This document shows positions 34,441 through 42,542 of a stretch of 48,624 bases of DNA, piece after piece (position 1 is the stretch's first letter; each line of letters starts with the position of its first letter). The position numbers and the translations under genes are program-made. The notes beneath the pieces were generated by a model. The model saw only the letters and a program-made list of their open reading frames with translations. It was not told the DNA's origin and searched no databases. The stretch is from Candidatus Pacearchaeota archaeon (GTDB taxonomy: Archaea > Nanobdellota > Nanobdellia > Pacearchaeales > GW2011-AR1). Location: NCBI GenBank assembly GCA_002688875.1, contig NZDU01000041.1, positions 1 through 48,624 of the forward strand, given 5' to 3'.

Positions 34441-34716
34441 ATGGGATCAGATGTTGGTGAGGAGAAGATATTGTATATTTATAGGAATAGAGTTGTTGGA
34501 GATGTAGGGGGTCCTTTCTATATTTTTTCTCCTAATTATAAGGGTTCAGGTAGAGGAGAGGTTAGGCTGGTTCCGAAATTTAGAGAATGGGTTAAAAATG
34601 CTGAGAAAGAGGGATATAGACTAAGGTTAGATGAGGATGATAATGGTAAACTCCAACATAGGCTTAATGAAGATGATATGGCTTTGATTGGTAGGCCTTG
34701 GTCAAGAGTTTGTTAG
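34441..34716 (+). CDS. Hypothetical protein (91 aa), unskewed class
   Basis: ORF track. TATA aggtttataaa lies about 27 nt upstream. Confidence 0.45.
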   Translation: MGSDVGEEKILYIYRNRVVGDVGGPFYIFSPNYKGSGRGEVRLVPKFREWVKNAEKEGYRLRLDEDDNGKLQHRLNEDDMALIGRPWSRVC

Positions 34717-34763
34717 TTGGATTTATTCATCTTAATACTTGACAATTTAATAAGATACAATAT

Positions 34764-35405
34764 TTATCCTAAATATCGTACTCTACCTGGACGTGGTTCG
34801 TAAATAATTCCTTCTTCTAATAGCTTTTGGATTTCTTGAGTGATTAGTTCGGGTTTTGAGTCTTTGAATTTCATGATTATTTGATCTTTGTCGATTCCTT
34901 CGTTTTGTTCTTCGGCTTTTATTGAGTCGATGATGTTGTCTCTTAGGGATTTTATTTCTTGTTTTTGGTTGGTTGTTAGTGGTTTGGGTTGGTCTTTTTC
35001 TATTTCGAGTTTTCTTACTAAAAGATATCTTGGGTCTTGTTTTTTTATTATTTCTGGGAGAATGTAGAGTTCTTCGTTGAAGGAGCGTAGGAGGCCGATG
35101 ATTAGGATTGTGTCTCCTTGGGTTAAGTTCTCGAATTTTTTTAGGTCTTCGCCGAAGACTCTTGTTTTGATTTGGCCGGAGCCGTCGTCTACTGTTAGGG
35201 ATGCGAATCTTTTTTCTCCGTCGGATTGGTATTTGTCTATGATGTTTGCTATTAGGTTTACTCGGACTAGTTTGTTGGTTCCTAGTTCGATGTGGAGAAG
35301 TTTTGGGTTAGTTGTTTCTTGGGATTGGTCGAAGATTTGGTTGCCTTTTAGTAAGTCTCCTACTCGGATTTTGTAAGCTATTTCTCTTTTTTTGAAATCT
35401 GGCAT
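34764..35405 (-). CDS. OB-fold protein with a C-terminal winged helix (RPA32/Stn1-like ssDNA-binding protein)
   Basis: VRVNLIANIIDKY...LTVDDGSGQIKTRVFGED...GDTILIIG (OB fold). C-terminal ELITQEIQKLLEEGIIYEPRPGRVRYL (wH). The family call is inference. Confidence 0.55.
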   Translation of the reverse strand: MPDFKKREIAYKIRVGDLLKGNQIFDQSQETTNPKLLHIELGTNKLVRVNLIANIIDKYQSDGEKRFASLTVDDGSGQIKTRVFGEDLKKFENLTQGDTILIIGLLRSFNEELYILPEIIKKQDPRYLLVRKLEIEKDQPKPLTTNQKQEIKSLRDNIIDSIKAEEQNEGIDKDQIIMKFKDSKPELITQEIQKLLEEGIIYEPRPGRVRYLG

Positions 35406-35503
35406 AGGGATGAATATTAAAATTTGTATATAAAGATTTATGTAGGGGAGTAGAATTATTTTGGTTTCATAATGTTTATAATTGATGTTAGTATTTTTTG
35501 ATA

Positions 35504-35995
35504 ATGAAATATTTAATATATTTTAATTCAAGTAGGGAGTTGTCTGATCTCATTGCTGGACATTCTTTTGATGTGATTCCTGGGATTGGTTTGCATTCAA
35601 CTCTTTGTTATTTTGTTGGTGATAATGCTAATGAAAGGAGTTTAATTGAAGATTTAGATGGGATTAATTTTCAAGGGTTTAATGTTAAAACAGGGAGTTT
35701 GGATACTTTTGATGATAATTTAGTTTTAAGGCTGTTAAAGACTGATGAATTATCTTTATTACATAATGAGATTTATTCTGTTGTTAGAAGGCATGTTGTT
35801 GGGGATGGTTGTGGTGTTTTAGATGAGTATTTTGGAGAGAATTATAATCCTCATATAACCTTGTCTAGATCGTCATCTGAACTTGATAGAGGGGTAGGTG
35901 ATTTAAATGGAGTGGAGTTTTCTGTGTCTAATTATGTGCTTGCGAGAAAATATCAGGAAAATTGGGTTGATATTAGGGCTTTTTCAGTTGGTTAG
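35504..35995 (+). CDS. 2H phosphoesterase superfamily protein (LigT / 2'-5' RNA ligase-like), unskewed class
   Basis: Two HxTx motifs: GLHSTLCYF and NPHITLSRS. Start taken at the ATG at 35504. Confidence 0.6.
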   Translation: MKYLIYFNSSRELSDLIAGHSFDVIPGIGLHSTLCYFVGDNANERSLIEDLDGINFQGFNVKTGSLDTFDDNLVLRLLKTDELSLLHNEIYSVVRRHVVGDGCGVLDEYFGENYNPHITLSRSSSELDRGVGDLNGVEFSVSNYVLARKYQENWVDIRAFSVG

Positions 35996-36571
35996 TTATA
36001 TCTTGCCGACTAGGTCTAGGCCGGGTTTTAAAGTTTCTTTTCCTGGTTCCCAGTTTATGGGGCAGACTTCGCCTCCGTGTTGGCTGACGAATTGGGCTGC
36101 TTGGACTTTTCTTATTAGTTCTTTTGTTGAACGGCCGATGGAGTTGTCATGTAGTTCGAAGGCTTTTAGGATTCCTTCTGGGTCGATTATGAAAGTTCCT
36201 CTGAGGCTTAGGCCTTCTTCTTCTATGTAGGTTTGATAGGATTTGCAGATTTTTCCGGTCGGGTCGGCTAGCATTGGGAATTTTATTTTTTTTATTGTTT
36301 CTGAGTTGTCGTGCCAGGCTTTGTGGACGAAGGTTGTGTCTGTTGAGACGCTTAGGATTTCTGCGTTTAGGTCTTGGAATGTTTGATAGTTGTCGGCTAA
36401 ATCTCCTAGTTCAGTTGGGCAGACGAAGGTGAAGTCGGCGGGGTAGAAGAATAATATGACCCATTTGCCTCTGAATTGGTCGAGGTTTATTTTTTTGACT
36501 TCGTTGTTATGGAAGGCTTCGGCTTGGAATCTTGGTGCTGGTTCATTTATTTCTAGAATTTGGGGTTCCAT
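35996..36571 (-). CDS. Typical 2-Cys peroxiredoxin (AhpC/Prx1 family)
   Basis: FFYPADFTFVCPTE (peroxidatic Cys) and GGEVCPINW (resolving Cys). Confidence 0.9.
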   Translation of the reverse strand: MEPQILEINEPAPRFQAEAFHNNEVKKINLDQFRGKWVILFFYPADFTFVCPTELGDLADNYQTFQDLNAEILSVSTDTTFVHKAWHDNSETIKKIKFPMLADPTGKICKSYQTYIEEEGLSLRGTFIIDPEGILKAFELHDNSIGRSTKELIRKVQAAQFVSQHGGEVCPINWEPGKETLKPGLDLVGKI

Positions 36572-36716
36572 GTTGTTGGTTGTTAGTAGGGATATTTAAG
36601 TTTATTTGTGATTGAGTTTACTTGTTGTTTGTGTTTTTTTAATGAGGTCTGTGTTCTTTTAGTATAATGTGTTTCCCATTAACATATGTCACCCTCTAAA
36701 ATAATTTATTGCACAT

Positions 36717-36826
36717 AAAATTTAGGAAGCTTCGCTAACCTAAATTTTATTATTTTATTGATATCTGATAAATAATCCAATATATGATTAAGTAATCCTA
36801 GATCTCTAGGGTCTAGATGTTCTTTT
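36717..36826 (+). repeat. Modular intergenic element, copy L4 (hairpin + M1-like + TATA-like + partial M2)
   Basis: Perfect 10-bp stem aaaatttagg/cctaaatttt (36717-36726 / 36739-36748) encloses agCTTCGct, which reads GCGAAGC on the minus strand. It is followed by ttattttattgatatctgataaataat (36750-36776), nearly identical to 47289-47312, and then agatgttctttt. Confidence 0.7.
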
Positions 36827-36867
36827 AGTATAATAAAGTTTAAAAATGGACTAGATATAGGTTTTTT

Positions 36868-37245
36868 ATGAGAATTGATGGGTTTAGAGCGATAGTTTTG
36901 GGAATTGTGTTGTGGTTGTTGATATTTGTAGAGGTAAGTGTGTTGTTGTTTGGGTTTAGGTTTCCGATGGGGAGTGATGCTTATTATGTTTCGCATTTTG
37001 TTTTGTTGGTGTTTTTTTCGTTGTTGGTTAGTTTGGTTTATTTTTATAAGGTTAGAATGAGGGGTGGGTTTTTGCATGGGCTTTGTGCTGGGATTTTGTT
37101 TATTGTGGTTGGGGTGTTGTTGGATTTGGCTATAACTGTTCCATTTTTTGTTAAGGATTATGGTTTCTTTTTGAGAGGTGATGTTTTGATTGGGATGGTG
37201 GTGGTTTTGGTGATTTCGGGGTTGGTGGGGATGGGGAAGCGGTGA
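36868..37245 (+). CDS. Small multi-pass membrane protein (125 aa)
   Basis: Four hydrophobic segments. G/T-ending codons (resident class). Confidence 0.55.
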   Translation: MRIDGFRAIVLGIVLWLLIFVEVSVLLFGFRFPMGSDAYYVSHFVLLVFFSLLVSLVYFYKVRMRGGFLHGLCAGILFIVVGVLLDLAITVPFFVKDYGFFLRGDVLIGMVVVLVISGLVGMGKR

Positions 37246-37249
37246 GAAG

Positions 37250-37585
37250 ATGTTGAGTGATTATATTGATGCTGAGATTCCTGTTGATGAGTATTTTTGT
37301 AATAGGGAACGGTTTAATGTTTTTCCATTTGATGCTCATGCTCCTCAGTTGTTTGAAATAAATAAGAGGTTGTTCAAGGTTTCTAAATCTAATGTTTTGT
37401 TCGGTCCTGATCCTTTACTTAGTGCCAAAAATTTTCCTAGGTTGGATGGATCTAGGGATATTGATGTTTATACATATGTTCATACTAGTAATCCTTCTTA
37501 TGATAAGAGGTTTCATAAAGTAAGTTTAAGATCTGCTCTTGAGAATTTAGATGAGTTATTTAAGCGGATGTCTGAATCTTTTTGA
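37250..37585 (+). CDS. Hypothetical protein (111 aa), unskewed class
   Basis: ORF track. Starts 4 nt after the upstream stop and ends 3 nt before the stop of the convergent mcm gene. Confidence 0.45.
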   Translation: MLSDYIDAEIPVDEYFCNRERFNVFPFDAHAPQLFEINKRLFKVSKSNVLFGPDPLLSAKNFPRLDGSRDIDVYTYVHTSNPSYDKRFHKVSLRSALENLDELFKRMSESF

Positions 37586-37588
37586 TGG

Positions 37589-40500
37589 TTATACATTCTG
37601 CACAAACCCCGTTTTGGGTTGGAAAATGTCCCCGGACTTTTTGAGTTTTTCTATGGCTTCTTCGAATTCGTTGTCGTTTAGGTCTTTGAGTTCTTTTCTT
37701 AGTTCGTTTAAAGGGATTTGTTTTCCGAATTTGTCTTCTAGGTTTTTGATTGTTTCTCTTAATAGGACTATTTTGTTTCTTTGGCTGCTGGAGATTTTGG
37801 ATGTGAAACGGTCTATGTCGAAGGTTTTTGTTTCTGGGTCGTAGCCGACTTGCATTAAGTAGTAGTTTGTTAGTCTGATTGCTACTTGGGCATCTTGAGT
37901 GTCTACGGTGTGTGATAGGCGGGATTTCGCGTGGGCTTCGGCTAAACGGACTAGTCCTTGGAGTTGTCTTGCTGAGATTGAGATGGATCTGGATTCTCCT
38001 TCTTGGCTTGCTTTTCTCATTTTGACGTAGAAGTTCTTGATTTCGTTGACTGCTTCTTCGGTTAGTTTTGGTTCTATTTTTTGTTTTGCGTAGGCCACAT
38101 ATTTTTTGAAAAGGTCTGCTTCGATGTCTGGTATTTTGTCTTTCATTTGATGTAGGTTTAGGACGTGGGTTGCTATTGCGTCGTCTTGTTTTTGGTTTGG
38201 GAGATCTCTGAGGATGAAGATTAGGTCGAATCTGTTGATTAGGGCTGGGGGTAAGTCGATTTGTTCAGAGATTGATTGAGATGGTTCAAAACGGCCGTAT
38301 TTTGGGTTTCCGGCGGCTAGGACTGAGGTTTGTGCTGAAAGTGTGTTTCCCTGGATGGCTATTTTTCCATTTCTTCTTGTTATGAAGAATCCTGTTTCTG
38401 TTTCGAAGCAAAAGACTTTTCCGTTGTAGTTTATCTCTTTTATGTGTTTGGAATCTTTTCTGATGCAAAGCTCTGTTTTGTCTGATAGTGAGATTCGGTA
38501 CATATCTTTTCGGTTTCCTCTTTTTTCTCCTTTATAGTTGAGGTTTTTATTTGCTGATTTTCCGATTAGGCAGGCTATTGCTTGGAAAGTGTCAATTAGT
38601 TCTTGCGAGGTTGATCCGTAAGACTTATTATCTGATGATCCATCTCCCAACATCATGGCATTATATAAGATAATTAATTGGTTTTTTGATAAGTCTGATA
38701 GTTTTATGTCTTCAGACGGAAATCTTTTGAGGTAGCTTTTTTTGCCTAGTTTTTCTAGATATTTAGATAATTGAGTGTTTGTTATCTTGAATTTTGTGTA
38801 ATCTTGTTTTTTTATTTCAGTTAGGGTGAATCCTATGTGTGAGGATAGTTTTGTTAGACAGGATTTTATTTTTTTTATATTTTCTTTGTTTTTCTGTGTG
38901 ATTCCTATTGTTGGTTTGGTTTCGATTCCGCCTTCTGTTAAATAGTATCCTAAGAATTCTAGCCATAGGTCTAATGGGATTTTTTTTGGTTGGTGTTGGT
39001 GAGTGTATTTTGGGTGTTTTCTGTTTTGTTTGTGTTTGATTGGAGGTAGGATGAAGTGGTTAGTTGTTTTTTTGTTGATGAATTCTCCGGAGTTGAGGAC
39101 TTTTATTCTTTGATATGGGATGTCTTTAGCTTTTATTTCTTTGTAGTGTTTGTGTCTTTCTTCTTTTAGGAGCATTTTGTGGTCTGGAGTTACTAGTATG
39201 TCGTTTCTTTTATTTTTGAAATGGAACATTTTTCCTTTGTGATTATATTCATAGAGTCCTTTGTGAGTGATGAAGTTTATTGTTTTTGTTTTTGGGTTGT
39301 ATTGTGCTATTTTTAGTTTTTTTATTTCGTTGTATTTTTTCCATCCTTCTTCAGTTAGAGTTTCTGTGTCTTCTGAATAGCATGCCTGAACATTAGCTTT
39401 TGAAATTGTTACGGTTTGCTGTTCTAGGGCTTCATGCATGGCCGATCTGTCGGTTGCGTCCATTTTCTCTATTTCGTCTATGCAGATTACTCCTTTGTTT
39501 GCTAGGACCATTGCTCCGGCTTCTAAGCTCCAACCTTTTAGGAATTCGTCTTTGACTACTGTTGCGGTGATTCCTGCTCCTGTTGCTGCTTTTCCTACTA
39601 TGTAACGTCCTTTGGGGGCTATGTTTGATATGAATTTTAGGGTTACGGATTTTGCTACACCTGGATCTCCTATTAGGAATAGATGGATGTCTCCTCTTGA
39701 TACGGTTCCGTCTTGACTTGTTTTTCTGACGCCGCTGAACATTTGGAGGACTAATGCTTCTTTGATTTCTTCGTATCCCCAGATACTTGGTGCGATGCTT
39801 TCTCTTAATTTTGTGAATAGTTCTGGGTCTTCGGCTAGTTCTTGGATTTGTCTTTCGTCTTCTTCGGATATGTCTAGGTCTTCGTAAGTTGCTTCTAAGG
39901 GGATGAGGTTGTTGGCTTCAACTGCTAGGTCGAAACGGGTTGAGATTGCGCCGGTTTGTAATGGGACTGGGACTTCTTTTAATATCCCAAGGATTCTGAC
40001 TTTACTTCCAGGAGTTGTTTTTTCTTCCATGTTGGGTTCTACTAAATCTTCTTTTAAGAAAACGTTTAAACGTCTTGGTTGTTCTCCTCCGATTAGTGAT
40101 TCTGGGGATTCTTCGATGACTAAACGTTGGGCATCGACCATGACTTTGCTTAATAATCTGAATTGGCCTTTTCTTCCGCAGGAACATCTTGAGGGTTCTC
40201 TAAATTTTTTTTCGATTTGGAGAACTGAGATTACTGTTCCGCATGAAGGGCATTCGAATTTGGCGTTTACAACTTGAGGTCTTACTTCGGATGCTTGTCT
40301 TACTAAACCTTCGAAGTAGATTAGCTGGTTTAGATGGTGTGAACGGATTGTTCTGATACGTACTTTTTGGGTTTCTGGGAGGTTGAGGAATCTGATTCTG
40401 GGAGTTTTTATTAATCCTGAGTCTTCTAATGCTGTTTCTAAGAGTTGGAGGATTTCTTCTGGATTTCCTATGAGGGCTTCTGCCAGGACTGGGGAGTTTG

Positions 40501-40630
40501 AAGATAGGTCGTCGAAATTTACGAAGATTACTTTTTTACCTTTTCTTATTGACTCGCCTATTTCTTTTTTGTAAGTGTCGAAGAAGAGTTTTGCTTCTGC
40601 GATTAGTTCTTCTGTGTTTGATTGTGGCAT
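37589..40630 (-). CDS. mcm: MCM replicative helicase, interrupted by an intein
   Basis: Zn finger CPSCG...CSCG, Walker A GDPGVAKS, Walker B ICIDEIEKM, sensor-1 SVLAAGNP and arginine finger region SRFDLIF-like (NRFDLIF). 1013 aa including a 346-aa intein. Confidence 0.95.
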   Translation of the reverse strand: MPQSNTEELIAEAKLFFDTYKKEIGESIRKGKKVIFVNFDDLSSNSPVLAEALIGNPEEILQLLETALEDSGLIKTPRIRFLNLPETQKVRIRTIRSHHLNQLIYFEGLVRQASEVRPQVVNAKFECPSCGTVISVLQIEKKFREPSRCSCGRKGQFRLLSKVMVDAQRLVIEESPESLIGGEQPRRLNVFLKEDLVEPNMEEKTTPGSKVRILGILKEVPVPLQTGAISTRFDLAVEANNLIPLEATYEDLDISEEDERQIQELAEDPELFTKLRESIAPSIWGYEEIKEALVLQMFSGVRKTSQDGTVSRGDIHLFLIGDPGVAKSVTLKFISNIAPKGRYIVGKAATGAGITATVVKDEFLKGWSLEAGAMVLANKGVICIDEIEKMDATDRSAMHEALEQQTVTISKANVQACYSEDTETLTEEGWKKYNEIKKLKIAQYNPKTKTINFITHKGLYEYNHKGKMFHFKNKRNDILVTPDHKMLLKEERHKHYKEIKAKDIPYQRIKVLNSGEFINKKTTNHFILPPIKHKQNRKHPKYTHQHQPKKIPLDLWLEFLGYYLTEGGIETKPTIGITQKNKENIKKIKSCLTKLSSHIGFTLTEIKKQDYTKFKITNTQLSKYLEKLGKKSYLKRFPSEDIKLSDLSKNQLIILYNAMMLGDGSSDNKSYGSTSQELIDTFQAIACLIGKSANKNLNYKGEKRGNRKDMYRISLSDKTELCIRKDSKHIKEINYNGKVFCFETETGFFITRRNGKIAIQGNTLSAQTSVLAAGNPKYGRFEPSQSISEQIDLPPALINRFDLIFILRDLPNQKQDDAIATHVLNLHQMKDKIPDIEADLFKKYVAYAKQKIEPKLTEEAVNEIKNFYVKMRKASQEGESRSISISARQLQGLVRLAEAHAKSRLSHTVDTQDAQVAIRLTNYYLMQVGYDPETKTFDIDRFTSKISSSQRNKIVLLRETIKNLEDKFGKQIPLNELRKELKDLNDNEFEEAIEKLKKSGDIFQPKTGFVQNV
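38345..39382 (-). mobile_element. Intein with a LAGLIDADG homing-endonuclease domain (residues C417-N762 of the mcm ORF)
   Basis: Extein junctions are ...TISKANVQA|CYSEDTE... and ...KIAIQGN|TLSAQTSVLAAGNP. Block B is VTPDH. LAGLIDADG motifs are LEFLGYYLTEGG and NAMMLGDGSS. Codon boundaries were checked on the DNA (tgc at 39380-39382, aac at 38345-38347). Confidence 0.85.
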
Positions 40631-40651
40631 TTTGTGATGGAAATTAATTTA

Positions 40652-40716
40652 ATTGGTAGTTTGTAAATTCTAGGTGAGATAGGTGAGTGTTCTCTTTGTG
40701 AGATGAGTGTTCTCTT
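40652..40716 (+). repeat. Modular intergenic element, copy L5 (M1 + TATA-like + two tandem M2 units), directly upstream of mcm
   Basis: attggta (40652-40658), tttgtaaat, then ggtgagat-a-ggtgagtgttctcttt-gtgagatgagtgttctctttt. gagtgttctct recurs at 40685 and 40705, a 20-nt period. Confidence 0.7.
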
Positions 40717-40827
40717 TTTTGGTTGTTAAACATCTTTTATTTGGGGTCCTCCTTTTCTGTATGGTAAGTAGAGGTTGGGGATTTATAAGTATTTATTGGG
40801 TTTAAAGAAGGGGATGTGAAATAAAGA

Positions 40828-41262
40828 TTAGTCTCTTTGATAGTTTTCTATTTTTCTGAAGGGTTTATATCCAATTTCTTCTGATATTTCTAATACTTCA
40901 AAATCTATTTTGTATTTTTTATGGTCAGTAAATCTGTGTGGAAAGTCCATGAATTTGATACCCCATCCTTTATCTGTCATAGTTTCTAATTTTTCATCAG
41001 GGATTTCAACCAATCCTTTTTTTACTTTTCTGGAAATGTTTTTCTTCATGAATTTGTGAGCAATTAGATGGTTTGTAAAAAGAGGGATTATTACTTTTCC
41101 GTTTTCTTCTCTTAGTGCAAGTAAGGGGAGCCATCCTTCATTTATGCATTCATATCTAATGTTTTGGGTAGAAAGATTTCCGTCATTATATAGAATTGCG
41201 TATTGTTTTTTTGTTGGTTCTTTTCTTTGTTCGGATGTATTGTCTGGTATATTTCGTAACAT
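40828..41262 (-). CDS. Hypothetical protein (144 aa), unskewed class
   Basis: ORF track. TATA-like cttaaataatt (minus strand) lies about 25 nt upstream. Confidence 0.5.
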   Translation of the reverse strand: MLRNIPDNTSEQRKEPTKKQYAILYNDGNLSTQNIRYECINEGWLPLLALREENGKVIIPLFTNHLIAHKFMKKNISRKVKKGLVEIPDEKLETMTDKGWGIKFMDFPHRFTDHKKYKIDFEVLEISEEIGYKPFRKIENYQRD

Positions 41263-41340
41263 TTTTATTATTGGAAATTTAATTATTTAAGTATTGTGTT
41301 TAGAATGGGCTGATTTTAATTATTGTTTGTTAGTTGTTAG

Positions 41341-41898
41341 TTATCCCTTGTTCTTCTCAGCTTCCTTTAGTGTAGCTACGAGTTGGTCCATTGAATCTGC
41401 TAGTTGTTGGTTGTTTTTTGTTCCGGTGCAGACTAGCTTTCCGTTTGAAAATAATAGGAAGGTTGCTGGGGGGTCGACTAGTTTATAGACTAGGCCTGGG
41501 AATTGTTCGGGTTCGTATTCTGTGTTTTCGAGTTCTAGTGATAAGTAGTTTAGATTTAGCATCATGTCGATGCTTCCGGATGCTACGATGTTTTGGACGG
41601 TTATTTTTGGTTTGTCTGTTATTTTGACGTTGATTTTTTTTAGGGTTTTGATTACTTGCTCTATGACTTCTTTTACTTGGGCTATTGATTTGGTTCCTGT
41701 GCAGACTAAATTTCCAGAGGAGAAGACTAGGACTGCTGATTTTGGTTCTTTGACTCTTAGAACTAGTCCTGGGAATTGTTCGGGATTGTATTCGGTGTTG
41801 GGGATTGTTTTTGCTAGTTTGGTTAGTGGGACGTCTTTACCAAGAGAAGTTGTTGCTACGATGTTTTGGATTTTTGAAGAAACTTTTGATTTTGCCAT
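41341..41898 (-). CDS. tbp: TATA-box binding protein
   Basis: Two direct repeats: IQNIVAT...YNPEQFPGLVLR...LVFSSGNLVCTG and VQNIVAS...YEPEQFPGLVYK...LLFSNGKLVCTG. Confidence 0.95.
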   Translation of the reverse strand: MAKSKVSSKIQNIVATTSLGKDVPLTKLAKTIPNTEYNPEQFPGLVLRVKEPKSAVLVFSSGNLVCTGTKSIAQVKEVIEQVIKTLKKINVKITDKPKITVQNIVASGSIDMMLNLNYLSLELENTEYEPEQFPGLVYKLVDPPATFLLFSNGKLVCTGTKNNQQLADSMDQLVATLKEAEKNKG

Positions 41899-42069
41899 TT
41901 GTTACTTGATAGTGTTAATGATAAATCTAGATTGGTTTGGTTTATAAAGGTTTTGTTTCTTGATTTTTTTGTCGACGGTGGTTATGATGGAGTGGGGGAA
42001 GGTTTTTAAAGGTGGGATGTTGTTTTTTGGTTTCATAAATATTATAAATGGATAATTATTATATGATTC

Positions 42070-42525
42070 ATGGAACTTGATTCAAGTGTGTTAACAGGTT
42101 ATTTGAGAGATTCTGTTCGGGATATTGGGAAAATTAGAGGTAGATTATATAGGATTCAGGGAAATCCTAATTTTCAAGGAGAGCCATTTACTTTAGATGT
42201 TTCTGGTGGGTTGGATAAGGTTGTGAGTAGTATGCAGGATCTTCAAAGGAAAAATAGACTTTCAACTTGGGATAAAGATAATGTGGAACCGTATGATTTT
42301 AAGATATTTAGTGCTGGTTATAACTTTTGTAATGATGTTATGCTATATTTTTTATTTAATGGGAATGTTCCAGAAGATAATTTGAGGGGGGTTGTGGGAA
42401 GGATTAAATTAAGAGGGGCTGATGAGTTATCTAGAGTGATTGAATATGCGGGTAGTGTTGAAAAGAAGATTAGTCATTATAGAGGTAAGTTGAATGAAGA
42501 AAGAAATGTTAGTATGGTTCAATAA
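42070..42525 (+). CDS. Hypothetical protein (151 aa), unskewed class
   Basis: ORF track. TATA-like attataaat lies about 25 nt upstream. Confidence 0.5.
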   Translation: MELDSSVLTGYLRDSVRDIGKIRGRLYRIQGNPNFQGEPFTLDVSGGLDKVVSSMQDLQRKNRLSTWDKDNVEPYDFKIFSAGYNFCNDVMLYFLFNGNVPEDNLRGVVGRIKLRGADELSRVIEYAGSVEKKISHYRGKLNEERNVSMVQ

Positions 42526-42542
42526 TGTATTTTCAATTCATG

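Noticed and set aside
36706-37077. Minus-strand ORF 36706-37077, and ORF 37151-37339.
   Set aside because: Their 5' parts are the antisense shadow of the plus-strand membrane gene 36868-37245. The remainder of 36706-37077 runs through repeat element L4 and has no internal start codon.
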